A stretch of DNA of 63,221 bases from Nanobdellati archaeon (GTDB taxonomy: Archaea; Nanobdellota; Nanobdellia; Woesearchaeales; GCA-2686295). The notes under the pieces were generated by a model. That model had not been told where the DNA came from, searched no databases, and saw only the letters and a list, made by a program, of their open reading frames with translations. Where the stretch lies: contig JACNFY010000020.1 of assembly GCA_014384375.1 (NCBI GenBank), positions 1 through 63,221 on the forward strand, given 5' to 3'. Made by a program: the position numbers and the translations under genes. Below are positions 8,616-18,458 of this stretch, piece after piece (the first letter of the stretch is position 1; every line of letters begins with the position of its first letter).

Positions 8616-10532
8616 TTGGTTAATATAATGCTAAACTACGAATGCAACAAATCATGTAATTTCTGCTTTCAGAAAGGAGTGAAATTTGATTCTATGATGA
8701 GTTTTGAAGATTTCAGGAAAGTGATTGAGTGGCTTGATCAACTTGAGTTTTTCCAGAAAGCAGAAAGCAGAAAAATCTCACTAATTGGAGGAGAACCAAC
8801 CCTACACCCAAAACTCAAAGATATGATTCAGTTATTAAAAGAGAAAAACATCAAAGCAACTATTTTCTCAAACTTCGTTTTTAACGAGAAAAAACTAGAG
8901 TTGTTTGACAAAGCTGTTGTTAAGGGATTTGTAGGAACTTATAATCCAAATAGTTGGTATAAAAAATCAGAGTATGAGCTGATGGAGAAAAATATTGCTG
9001 AGCTGAAAAGAAGAGGTTTTGATGTCAAGTTTAGCTACAATATTACAAAAGGAAATCTAGATTATAATTATATTCTCGAAGCCTGTGAAAGATATGGTCT
9101 AAATAATTTAAGATTTTCAACAGCTTTTCCAAATCCTAACTATAATAATAACTATCTAAACTTTGAAGATTTAAAAAAAGTCGGAAAAAATATAACATCA
9201 TTCATAAGAGAAGCAGTTGCCAAAGGAATAACTCTTGACTTGGATTGCACAATCCCACTATGCGTATTAGGTGATGAAAAGGACATATTGTTTTTCTTAA
9301 AACATGTCAATGCAGCAAATCTTATCTGTAAATCAGCTATTGATATTAATCCAGATCTTTCAATGTATTATTGTCTTCCAAGAGCAAAGGATGTTAACAT
9401 TAAGAATGTCTTTGATTTCAACAATCTTAGAGAGATTAATGAAATCTTTAATGAAAAGAATAACAAAGAGAAAAATGAATTTTACACCTTCCCTGAGTGC
9501 AAGAGTTGCAAGTATCGCATTAGAAATGTGTGTCAAGGAGGATGCTTGTCCTTGAAAAAAAAGTTCAGCTACACTGTTACAAAAAAATTAATGTCAAAAA
9601 ATCATAAGAAAAAATTAATTGGAATAAGAACTTGGGGAGGTATTGGCGATGGATTACTTGTTACACCTGCATTGAAAGCTCTCAAGCAGAAGTATCCTAA
9701 TTCAGAGATAAGAGTTGTGTGCAATGACAACCATAAAGAGATTTTTGAGAATAATCCATCAATTGATTTTCTCTCTGTTTCCCCTGACGAATCTGCTATC
9801 AAAGATGTTAAGCAAATATATGAAACAAACTATGGCAAGCTAAAACCAAGTATTAACTATAAGAAACATGCAACAGAGATAATAGCAGACCTTCTTGAAG
9901 TTCAATTAAAAAACAAGAAATTACAGGTCTTCCTGACAGAGAAAGAAGAGGAAAAAGCAAAGAAGATTCTGTCAAAATACAAAAATCCAATAACAATGCA
10001 TATCACATCTAAGTGTTCCAAGAATCAAGAATGGTTTGTTGATAGATGGGAAAAACTTGCCAAAAACATGTTCGAATACGATTTCATTCAACTCGGCTCA
10101 AAAGATGATCCTCTTGTAAAAGGAGTTATTGATATGAGGGGAAAAACTACTGTAAGAGAAGCAATAGCTCTCGTAAAGCATTCAAAATGCTTTGTTGGTG
10201 TTGACTCTTTCTTAGGGCATGCACCAAATATAACTGGTACTCCAGGAGTTGTTCTTTTCGGACCATCAAATCCTATTGTTTGGGGTTATGATGAAAACAT
10301 TAATATCTACAAAGACTTAAAATGTGCTCCTTGCATTGATGTTCTTGGTGGTAAGAAATGTCAATATAAGAGTAGATGCATGAGAAAGATAAGTGAAAAA
10401 GAGGTAACTAACGCAATAAGAAATCAAACAGAAACAAAGAAAACAAAAGAAAACACAATCAAAAAAAATATTAAAAAAAATATTATTCTTAAAAAAATAA
10501 AGATGTTTAATCCTCTTACTCAAAAAAATTAA
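8616..10532 (+). CDS. Fusion protein: radical SAM/SPASM domain plus GT9 (heptosyltransferase-family) glycosyltransferase domain
   Basis: CNKSCNFC and GGEPTLHP, SPASM end CKSCKYRIRNVCQGGC. From about 9600, IRTWGGIGDGLLVTPALKALKQKYPNSEIRVV ... GVDSFLGHA ... VLFGPS is typical of GT9. TTG start lies 6 nt after AAAGGTGA. Confidence 0.7.
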   Translation: MVNIMLNYECNKSCNFCFQKGVKFDSMMSFEDFRKVIEWLDQLEFFQKAESRKISLIGGEPTLHPKLKDMIQLLKEKNIKATIFSNFVFNEKKLELFDKAVVKGFVGTYNPNSWYKKSEYELMEKNIAELKRRGFDVKFSYNITKGNLDYNYILEACERYGLNNLRFSTAFPNPNYNNNYLNFEDLKKVGKNITSFIREAVAKGITLDLDCTIPLCVLGDEKDILFFLKHVNAANLICKSAIDINPDLSMYYCLPRAKDVNIKNVFDFNNLREINEIFNEKNNKEKNEFYTFPECKSCKYRIRNVCQGGCLSLKKKFSYTVTKKLMSKNHKKKLIGIRTWGGIGDGLLVTPALKALKQKYPNSEIRVVCNDNHKEIFENNPSIDFLSVSPDESAIKDVKQIYETNYGKLKPSINYKKHATEIIADLLEVQLKNKKLQVFLTEKEEEKAKKILSKYKNPITMHITSKCSKNQEWFVDRWEKLAKNMFEYDFIQLGSKDDPLVKGVIDMRGKTTVREAIALVKHSKCFVGVDSFLGHAPNITGTPGVVLFGPSNPIVWGYDENINIYKDLKCAPCIDVLGGKKCQYKSRCMRKISEKEVTNAIRNQTETKKTKENTIKKNIKKNIILKKIKMFNPLTQKN

Positions 10533-10541
10533 AGATTAAAT

Positions 10542-11207
10542 ATGATAACTACAATAATTCCAACAAAAAACGAAGAAACAACAATAAAAGGAATAATTAA
10601 ATCTGTGAAACCTTATTCTGATGAGATAATCGTAATAGACGGACACTCAAAAGACAAAACAAGAGATATCTCATTAAAAGAAAAAGTTAATGTTATTCTG
10701 GATAATAAAAAAGGAAAAGGAGCCGCTCTACGAATAGCCGGAAAAAAAGCTAAGGGTGATATTCTTGTTTTTATAGATAGTGACGGCTCTCATGACCCAA
10801 AAGACATTCCTAAACTAGTAGAACCAATAGTCAAAAATAAAATAAGTTTAGTTATTGCATCAAGAATAAAAGGAGGAAGTGACGAATTCCAAGGAGATTT
10901 TGAGAAAGTATTCAGAACAATCGCAAGTCATTTAATTACTGCAACAATAAATTGGAGGTGGAAAAAGAATTTGTCTGACACCCAAAATGGCTTTAGATCT
11001 ATTAGAAAAGATGTTTTTTTGGATATTAAATTAAAAGAGAATAGTTTCACAATAGAACAAGAAATGGTTATGAAGTGTTTGAAAAAAGGATACAAAATAA
11101 TAGAGATACCTAGTCATGAGTATCAAAGAAAGAAAGGAATATCAAGAATAAAGCTTTGGAAAGAAGGACCAAAGTATGTCTGGTGCCTGATAAAAAATAT
11201 TTTATAA
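10542..11207 (+). CDS. GT2 glycosyltransferase (dolichyl/polyprenyl-phosphate sugar synthase-like)
   Basis: IIPTKNEE ... IIVIDGHSKDKT ... FIDSDGSHDP ... GFR motifs. Confidence 0.8.
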   Translation: MITTIIPTKNEETTIKGIIKSVKPYSDEIIVIDGHSKDKTRDISLKEKVNVILDNKKGKGAALRIAGKKAKGDILVFIDSDGSHDPKDIPKLVEPIVKNKISLVIASRIKGGSDEFQGDFEKVFRTIASHLITATINWRWKKNLSDTQNGFRSIRKDVFLDIKLKENSFTIEQEMVMKCLKKGYKIIEIPSHEYQRKKGISRIKLWKEGPKYVWCLIKNIL

Positions 11208-11244
11208 ATATGAAAAGAATAATAACTGTTGCTGGAAGTTCAAT

Positions 11245-12282
11245 ATGAAAAAAGAAATTAATCTTGTAAAAAATATAATTCTATCAAACTTTAAAAGACT
11301 AAAAAAACCATACAAACTAACATTCGCAGTAACTTATAACTGCAACTCAAAATGTGTGAATTGCAATATTTGGAAAAAAAAAAGCACAAATGAACTAACA
11401 CTAAATGAAATAAAGAAATTCTTTGAAAAAAACAACCACTTCTCATGGATAGACCTCACCGGAGGAGAAATAACCAAAAGAAAAGACATAGTTCAAATAA
11501 CAGAAACAATCATTAAGAACTGTAAAAACTTATATTTATTACATTACCCAACAAACGCTGAATCAATCAAAAAAACAGTAGAAACAACAAATAAAATACT
11601 AGCTTTGAAACCACATAAATTCATTGTCAGTATAAGTCTAGATGGACCTCCTAAAACACATAATAAGATAAGAGGGTTAAAAAACAGCTGGAAAAGAAGT
11701 GTCAACTGTTATAAAGAATTAAAAAAAATAAGAAGTAGCTCGTTTGATGTATTTTTTGGCATGACAATTTCTAATGACAACTATGATAAGATTAATGAAA
11801 CAATTAAAACTATCAGAAAAGAAGTTCCAAACTTTAAGTATTCAGACCTGCACATCAACATAATTCATGAATCAAAACATTATTATAAGAATAAAATTAA
11901 AGGATTAAAAAAAGAAAGCATATTAAAAGCAGTGGAGAAGTTTAAGAAAAAAAGAGGTGTGCCAAGAAATCTTAGAGAGATAATGGAATATAAATACTTA
12001 AGTTCTATCCCTAAATATTTATACACAGAAAAAACACCCATAACATGTCAAGCTTTATCTGCTTCCTGTTTTCTAGACCCTTATGGAAATATACACCCTT
12101 GCATTGTTTACTATAAATTAATCGAAAACATAAAAAAAATAAACTATGATCTAAAAAAGCTCTGGCAAGAAAAAAGTATCGAAAAGTTAAGAAAAGAAAT
12201 AATACAAAAAAAATGTCAAAATTGCTGGACTCCTTGTGAGGCCTATCAAAGCATATTAGCTAATCTAAAAAATGTTAAATAA
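11245..12282 (+). CDS. Radical SAM enzyme with C-terminal SPASM-like Cys motifs
   Basis: CNSKCVNC, LTGGEIT, CQALSASCFLDPYGNIHPC ... CQNCWTPC. Confidence 0.7.
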   Translation: MKKEINLVKNIILSNFKRLKKPYKLTFAVTYNCNSKCVNCNIWKKKSTNELTLNEIKKFFEKNNHFSWIDLTGGEITKRKDIVQITETIIKNCKNLYLLHYPTNAESIKKTVETTNKILALKPHKFIVSISLDGPPKTHNKIRGLKNSWKRSVNCYKELKKIRSSSFDVFFGMTISNDNYDKINETIKTIRKEVPNFKYSDLHINIIHESKHYYKNKIKGLKKESILKAVEKFKKKRGVPRNLREIMEYKYLSSIPKYLYTEKTPITCQALSASCFLDPYGNIHPCIVYYKLIENIKKINYDLKKLWQEKSIEKLRKEIIQKKCQNCWTPCEAYQSILANLKNVK

Positions 12283-13771
12283 GACATCAAAGAAAAATAT
12301 TCTTTACATACATCCTTACTGTAATAAAGATAATTCTGATTTTGTATTCTTACCTGGAGGAATTATTGGTGTGATTAATAATCTTAGGAAAAAAGGTTTC
12401 AAAGTTATCGGGGTTAATCTTCCTCTAGAAATGAAACTGAATCGTAATATAGATATTAAAGAAACACTGAAAGAAATTGATTTCCAAATTGTAATAATGG
12501 ATTGTCATTGGTACTATTTTCTTTATGGAGTCCAAGAAGTTGCTAGGGTCTGCAAAGAAATAAATCCAAAATGCTATGTGATTATAGGAGGGTTCTCAGC
12601 TAATTTTTTCAGGAAGAATATTCTAACATCATCAGACAACATAGATGTTATAATTAAAGGAGACTCTGAAACTTTATTGCCAAAAATTTGTAATGATATA
12701 ATATCAGAAGGAAAAAAATCAATCAAAAAGTTTCCTAATGTTTCTTATGAAAACGTTTTCTGGTTTATGGCTGACAAAGAAATAAAAAGCTTTGACAATG
12801 ACATTAATAAATTTGATTATGTAGACATGACATTTATGAAACATTGGCAAGAATATTTAAAGTTCCATCCTGGAAAAGAGGCTCCTGGAATCTCACAAAT
12901 AGTTGGGAACAAACAATTTTTTTACTTGCCAACCCAGAAAGGCTGCAAAAACCTATGCCCTGCCTGCGGAGGAAGCAAGTTTTCTTACAAAATCCTATCA
13001 AACAAAAAAGAATTATGTGTAAGATCTCCTGAAAAAATAATTAATGACATTAAAAAGCTTAAAGATATGGGTGTAAAAAATGTAATGGTTTCATGCGAAT
13101 CCAATTTAAATAATTGGCCTAAAATACTAAAAGAATTAGAGAGAGAAAATATTTTTATAGATATTTTATTTGAAGATTGGCAATTGCCAAATAAGAAATT
13201 AACCAAGCAAATGGTTTCATATGCAAAAAATACTGACTCCGGATTCTTGGTTTCAGCTCTTTCCGGAAATGATATTATAAGAATAAAAAATGGCAAGCAT
13301 TACAAAAATAAAGAACTTTCAGAATTTGCAAAATCGATTTCAAAATCTTGTTCTTCTTATGCTACATTTTGGTTTTCTCCAAATCTTGTTGGTGGCACTC
13401 AAAAATATTTTCAGGATACAATATTATTGGCTAAAGAATTAACTGAACTGAATAAATTCGCTGAAAAACCAAATATAAACGTTCTAATGAGTCCTATGGA
13501 AGTAGATATAACGAGTGATGTTTATTCCAATCCTTCATCATACAAATTTTCAGGAAAGTTGTGGGGTTATGATTATATCATAAAACTTTTAAGATTTAGA
13601 GAGCAAGGAAAGAAACTTGGAAACATGTCTTATTGTTCAAAAGAAATAAATATTGAAGAAGGCAATAAAATGTGTGAGAAATTCAAGGAAGAGATTTCAT
13701 TGTTAAAGAATAGGATTAGAGACTTTAGAAAATCAGGAATTTTCCCAACTACCAAGACTTTAATAGAATAA
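12272..13771 (+). CDS. B12-binding-domain-like radical SAM enzyme
   Basis: N-terminal Rossmann-like segment (GVINNLRKKGFKVIGVNL ... VIIGGFSAN), then CKNLCPAC. 11-nt overlap with the previous gene. Confidence 0.65.
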   Translation: MLNKTSKKNILYIHPYCNKDNSDFVFLPGGIIGVINNLRKKGFKVIGVNLPLEMKLNRNIDIKETLKEIDFQIVIMDCHWYYFLYGVQEVARVCKEINPKCYVIIGGFSANFFRKNILTSSDNIDVIIKGDSETLLPKICNDIISEGKKSIKKFPNVSYENVFWFMADKEIKSFDNDINKFDYVDMTFMKHWQEYLKFHPGKEAPGISQIVGNKQFFYLPTQKGCKNLCPACGGSKFSYKILSNKKELCVRSPEKIINDIKKLKDMGVKNVMVSCESNLNNWPKILKELERENIFIDILFEDWQLPNKKLTKQMVSYAKNTDSGFLVSALSGNDIIRIKNGKHYKNKELSEFAKSISKSCSSYATFWFSPNLVGGTQKYFQDTILLAKELTELNKFAEKPNINVLMSPMEVDITSDVYSNPSSYKFSGKLWGYDYIIKLLRFREQGKKLGNMSYCSKEINIEEGNKMCEKFKEEISLLKNRIRDFRKSGIFPTTKTLIE

Positions 13772-13797
13772 TATTTTTATTAAATAGTCTTCGGCTG

Positions 13798-13807
13798 TTT
13801 TTTATTT
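13798..13807. terminator. T-tract (TTTTTTATTT) between convergent genes
   Basis: Oligo-T run in the 52-bp gap between the 13771 (+) and 13824 (-) gene ends. Archaeal terminators are typically oligo-T. Confidence 0.35.
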
Positions 13808-13823
13808 GTAGAGAAAAAGTTTA

Positions 13824-15161
13824 TTATTCATTTTTTGGTTTGAAAACAGAGTTATAAGGGATACTATACTTTTCTAAGAATGAAACATATTTATTAATAT
13901 GTTGCATGTTGTCTATGTTGATAAAATAATTATATTTTTCTATGTTTTTCTTTAAAGTTGTTGGATCTTTATATTTTGTTTTTAAAGTATGACCTAAAAA
14001 AGAATCAAAATATAGACGAAAAAGCATGAGATTAACATGACTGTAATTTCTATGATTATCATACAAATATTTTAAAGTTTGTTCAACATCGGATTCTGTT
14101 TCTCCAGGGTATCCCATAATTATATTAACTTGTGGTTGAATATTAACTTGATTACACAGAGCCATTATCTGCTCAAATTTCTTTAAATTAACAGGTTTGT
14201 TCATCAGTTTCAAAACTCTTTTTGAACCACTTTCTAGGCCAAACTGAATCCATCTACAGCCTGCTTCGCTCATCTTTTTAATTATTTTTTTAGTCATAAG
14301 GTTTGCTGATGCAAGTGCGTACCATTCAACATCTATTATTTTGAGAGCATCCATAAGCACAATTGTCCTTTTATGGTTTGTATTTATATTATCATCTTGA
14401 AAACAGAATTGGTTACAGTTATATCTGGCTTTTAAATGTTTTATTTCATTTATTACTTTAGACACTCTTTTATACTGTGGTTTTTTGTTTGTCAAACCAC
14501 AAAAACGACACTTATTAACACACCCTTCAGAAGTCATATATTGAAGAGTCAAATCTTTTTTAATATTATAATAAAAGTCATAATTAGGGCAAAGTTGGGA
14601 ATCAATGTTGTATCCTTCAATCTTGTTTAGTTTTGTGACTCCATATTTATTTCTGAAAACTAAATTTGGGATTTTCTTAAAAGATTTTTTGTTTTTAATA
14701 TTTTTTATTAACTCACAAAATTGATGTTCTCCTTTTTTCATAACTATAAAATCAATAAAGGAGAAATCATTCATAAGTTCTTGTTCATGGTTAAATGTTC
14801 CTATTCCGCCAAAAATAATTTTTTTATTTGGATCTATAGATTTTATGTACTTTGCGAGAAGAAGGGACTGTTTTAAGGATTCAAAGGAAAAACAAGAAAA
14901 ACCTACTATCTCAGTGTTTATAAGACTTGAAATTTTATCTAGGGCTGTTTCCATCTCAACAGATATTTTGTTAAAGTACAAATACTGATTTATGTCATGT
15001 GTTGAAAACAATATATCTAGATCACCAATTTTTTTTAGATAATTATAATCTATAATATTTGGTTCTATACCGTTTTCTTTAAGAGTACTTACTACCACAC
15101 AAAATCCAAAAGACAAACTTTCATAAGGTATGTACTCTGAGTTTACAAGAGTGATTCTCAT
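13824..15161 (-). CDS. B12-binding-domain (class B) radical SAM enzyme
   Basis: N-terminal B12-binding-like region (IVGFSCFSFE ... IIFGGIGTF), CVNKCRFCG, later GLESGS and GYPGET motifs. Confidence 0.75.
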   Translation of the reverse strand: MRITLVNSEYIPYESLSFGFCVVVSTLKENGIEPNIIDYNYLKKIGDLDILFSTHDINQYLYFNKISVEMETALDKISSLINTEIVGFSCFSFESLKQSLLLAKYIKSIDPNKKIIFGGIGTFNHEQELMNDFSFIDFIVMKKGEHQFCELIKNIKNKKSFKKIPNLVFRNKYGVTKLNKIEGYNIDSQLCPNYDFYYNIKKDLTLQYMTSEGCVNKCRFCGLTNKKPQYKRVSKVINEIKHLKARYNCNQFCFQDDNINTNHKRTIVLMDALKIIDVEWYALASANLMTKKIIKKMSEAGCRWIQFGLESGSKRVLKLMNKPVNLKKFEQIMALCNQVNIQPQVNIIMGYPGETESDVEQTLKYLYDNHRNYSHVNLMLFRLYFDSFLGHTLKTKYKDPTTLKKNIEKYNYFINIDNMQHINKYVSFLEKYSIPYNSVFKPKNE

Positions 15162-15366
15162 TTAAATTTGAAATAATTTAATTATTTAAAAAAGTTTACA
15201 TTAAAATTTTATGTTTTTTATAATATTTATTTTGCTTAATTAAAAAAACTTCAAAATATTACATACAAGAATTTTTTTGGATTTATTGTTGATAAAAAAA
15301 TAAAGATTTCAGAAAACAGAGATTTCTTCATAAAATTATTTAAACAATAATAATTAACACATTCTT

Positions 15367-17655
15367 ATGAGGGGTTTTTTGAGGAAACATTACTTGCTTA
15401 TCATAATACTTGTCATAGGAGTTTTCTTTCGATTATACAATCTTGGAACTTCTAATCTTCATACTGATGAAGCAGAGGTCTATCTAGCTTCTCAAAATAT
15501 TCTTAAGTCAGGTGTTCCTAAAGGTTTCCATAGAGTTCCTTTCTATGAGAACGCTTATCTCTTCGAATCAAACACTTCAATGTATGAGTTTGCTCCAACA
15601 AATTATTACAAGTCAGATTTAGTTTTGAAAAAAGGTTGGCTTCCGTATTATTTGACTGCATTCTTTTCTTTATTCGGAAAGAACGAGTTCTTGCTTAGAT
15701 TTCCTTTTGCTCTTATAGGAGTAATCTCTTTGTTCTTTTTTTTCCAACTAACAAACATATTGTTTAACAAAAGAACTGCTCTTATAGCTTTATTCTTTTA
15801 TGCTATCAGTCCAAGCTTATTATTCTATGAGAGAATGGTTAGGTATTACTCTCCTATGATTTTATTCATTATATTATCAATTTATTTCTATGTTAAGGCT
15901 TTCAAAGAAGATAATTGGAAAAACTATCTTTTAGGAGCATTTTCATTAGTTTTATTATTCTACACAAATGTGTTAATATTTTTGTCATTAGTAATAGTTC
16001 TTTTCATTTTCTGGTTTACTAAGAGGATTAAAATTAATAGAAATTTAATTTATTCAGATTTAATCATTATTGCTCTAATTCTTCCATGGATTTTATTTAG
16101 TGGTTTTTTATGGAACATTGCTAAAGAGCCAAGACAAATTACGGCACCTGTATTTCAATCAATCACAGCAGGTATTAACAATAACGGATCATTATACTTT
16201 TTCTTTTATTTAGGAATCATATTACTATTAATAAATATAATTTTTAAGAAAAAAATTCATAATAAAACTTTTCTTTGGAAGAATAACAGTTCAAATTATT
16301 TAATCTTAATCTATTTATTAGCTCTTATAATTATCCCCTACTTGCTAGCTCCTTCAAGTTCTTTTGAAGAAAAATTATTCTTATCTTTGATTCCCTTTTC
16401 ATTAATAATAATAGCTAAATTATTTGATTCTATTTTTAAGGTCTCAGAGAATAATATTTTCAAATATGTTGTAATAATTTTAATAGTTATTATAAGCATT
16501 GTTCACATTGAAACAGCTATAGGACGCAAAGGCCATAATATTATAACTTTGAAAGAAATAATAAATATTGATAGAAATGAATTATATAATGATATTGAAG
16601 AAGTTATAAAAGAACAAACTTCTGGCAATCCATTGATACTAACAACTTCTGAACAATTTCCTTTGATGTTCTACACAGATTATTCTGCTCAAACAATCTG
16701 GCCTGTTAGAGAAGAGTTTATTAACAACTATGATGAAGAACTTGTCATTATTGAGACTGGTTTTGTTGAAGGAACATGTAATTTATTCTATCGATATGTA
16801 AATCCTGCTGTGAGATGTAATAACAACAAGAACTATCTCGACAGAATCAATGAGTGCAAGGCTTTTGCAATGGATGAGACAACAAACCTGTATTTCTGCA
16901 AGAAAAGAAAAAAATTCATAGGCGGTGGTCTTGGCTTGTTTTTCCCAGACTTTCCAGAGAATCAACCGCCTGACTTTATCTGGGACTTAGAACCTTTCCA
17001 AGTTGCGGTAAATGTCAAGAATCTTGGAGAGAGTAATGTGGATAAATTGAAAATTATTTTTATCCAAGATTTTGGTGGAAGAGAGTTTGATACTGAAAAG
17101 AGCGAATTCTTGTTTAACAAAAAAATAGCTGGCAGAAAAAAAGTCTCTGGTGAAGTCATAACAAGCGAGGAATTCTTCGATTTAGGTAATGTTACTTTTA
17201 ATCATAAGCTTCCTTTAAAGCTAAGATACATCAATGCTAGTGTCAAGCTCTGCTATCCATACATAACTATGCTTAGAATTAACATATGTAATGATTCTCT
17301 GAATATTTGCAACTATGATGTTTCAGGAGGTCCTATGCAGATTAACAGTGTTTCCTATGATGAATTAAACTTTAACTTTTCAATATATAACTCTGCTGAG
17401 GGCTTTCTTGGAAATTTTGAGAATTGCCAAGAAGATAATATGACGAAAGAAATCAAAGTTGAATCTGATTTTTTCAAATGCGAAAAACTAAAAGACGAGT
17501 TTAGATGCCAAGCAGATGTTTTAAAGATTAGAAAGGACGATTATTATCTGATAAGCATCAACTATGACTACCAGCAGGAGTTCAAGAAAGGTCTTCTTCT
17601 AAGGAGCAAGGAGCGGAACAAGTATGACTATGAAAATTTTTACAAAAAAGAATAG
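15367..17655 (+). CDS. GT-C fold membrane glycosyltransferase (ArnT/PMT_2-like) with a ~250-aa extracytoplasmic C-terminal domain
   Basis: About 12 predicted TM helices. Acidic first-loop motif HTDEAEVY. C-terminal soluble Cys-containing domain with a CARDB-like strand pattern (FQVAVNVKNLGES). Confidence 0.65.
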   Translation: MRGFLRKHYLLIIILVIGVFFRLYNLGTSNLHTDEAEVYLASQNILKSGVPKGFHRVPFYENAYLFESNTSMYEFAPTNYYKSDLVLKKGWLPYYLTAFFSLFGKNEFLLRFPFALIGVISLFFFFQLTNILFNKRTALIALFFYAISPSLLFYERMVRYYSPMILFIILSIYFYVKAFKEDNWKNYLLGAFSLVLLFYTNVLIFLSLVIVLFIFWFTKRIKINRNLIYSDLIIIALILPWILFSGFLWNIAKEPRQITAPVFQSITAGINNNGSLYFFFYLGIILLLINIIFKKKIHNKTFLWKNNSSNYLILIYLLALIIIPYLLAPSSSFEEKLFLSLIPFSLIIIAKLFDSIFKVSENNIFKYVVIILIVIISIVHIETAIGRKGHNIITLKEIINIDRNELYNDIEEVIKEQTSGNPLILTTSEQFPLMFYTDYSAQTIWPVREEFINNYDEELVIIETGFVEGTCNLFYRYVNPAVRCNNNKNYLDRINECKAFAMDETTNLYFCKKRKKFIGGGLGLFFPDFPENQPPDFIWDLEPFQVAVNVKNLGESNVDKLKIIFIQDFGGREFDTEKSEFLFNKKIAGRKKVSGEVITSEEFFDLGNVTFNHKLPLKLRYINASVKLCYPYITMLRINICNDSLNICNYDVSGGPMQINSVSYDELNFNFSIYNSAEGFLGNFENCQEDNMTKEIKVESDFFKCEKLKDEFRCQADVLKIRKDDYYLISINYDYQQEFKKGLLLRSKERNKYDYENFYKKE

Positions 17656-18103
17656 AGCTACTTTTATTATTATTGCTATAATCATAATTATTATTTTGTC
17701 AAATAGCAGAACATTTGTTCCAGAGAACAGAATTGTTGATTCTTTGAAAATTGAGTTAGCAAAGCCTAGTGAATTAACCTCTTGTCAGATTGATTGTTCT
17801 TTGAATGATGGCGTGTTTCATGAGGAGTGCATTGGATTTAATGGTTGCGAAGATTCTTCCTATTTGAGAAGCAGAACTTACTGTGAGAAAGATTCTGATT
17901 GTGTTGTTGATCTTGGTTGTTGCACAGAATCATGCAAAGATGATGAATGTTTAGAAGCTAGTTTATGTGCTGTTTCTAATAAAGAGTATGTGAGTGCTCA
18001 TTCTTTTAGCTGTGAGAACAACATAATTTGCAGAGAAAAAGTGAAATGTATTGGTTCATACAAGACTACTTGTTTTAGCGATGTTTGTAGAATTATTAGC
18101 TAG
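17624..18103 (+). CDS. Small Cys-rich secreted or N-terminally anchored protein
   Basis: N-terminal hydrophobic helix (ATFIIIAIIIIIILS) followed by a domain with about 20 Cys. Confidence 0.5.
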   Translation: MTMKIFTKKNRATFIIIAIIIIIILSNSRTFVPENRIVDSLKIELAKPSELTSCQIDCSLNDGVFHEECIGFNGCEDSSYLRSRTYCEKDSDCVVDLGCCTESCKDDECLEASLCAVSNKEYVSAHSFSCENNIICREKVKCIGSYKTTCFSDVCRIIS

Positions 18104-18401
18104 AGGGTTTGCACCTAGTATTTAATATCACTCTTGTTTCTCCAAGGGGGAGTTTTGCTCTTGTTGAAAGATTTTTTGTTTCTTGTGCTTCTATATCAAA
18201 AGTATCTGTAATGGTTCCTGCTTCTTCTAGTCTTATGTCTAGTTCACAAGTTAGATTATAAGTTGTTGGATTCATCGCAATATAGCTTATCACATCAACA
18301 TCTCCATCATGATCAAAGCTTACTTCTGAAAGTTGAACATCATATCTTGAAGTACAGCTAGTTAGAATTAGTAGAAGTATAAAAACAAAGTATTTTAGCA
18401 A
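18096..18401 (-). CDS. Small lipoprotein-like secreted protein
   Basis: TTG start 5 nt after GGGGTGAT. Signal peptide ending in the lipobox-like LTSC. Confidence 0.45.
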   Translation of the reverse strand: MLKYFVFILLLILTSCTSRYDVQLSEVSFDHDGDVDVISYIAMNPTTYNLTCELDIRLEEAGTITDTFDIEAQETKNLSTRAKLPLGETRVILNTRCKPSS

Positions 18402-18458
18402 TCATATCACCCCTTGTATTTTTGTTGTTTCTTTCTTTATTATAAAGTTTTTGTTTAA

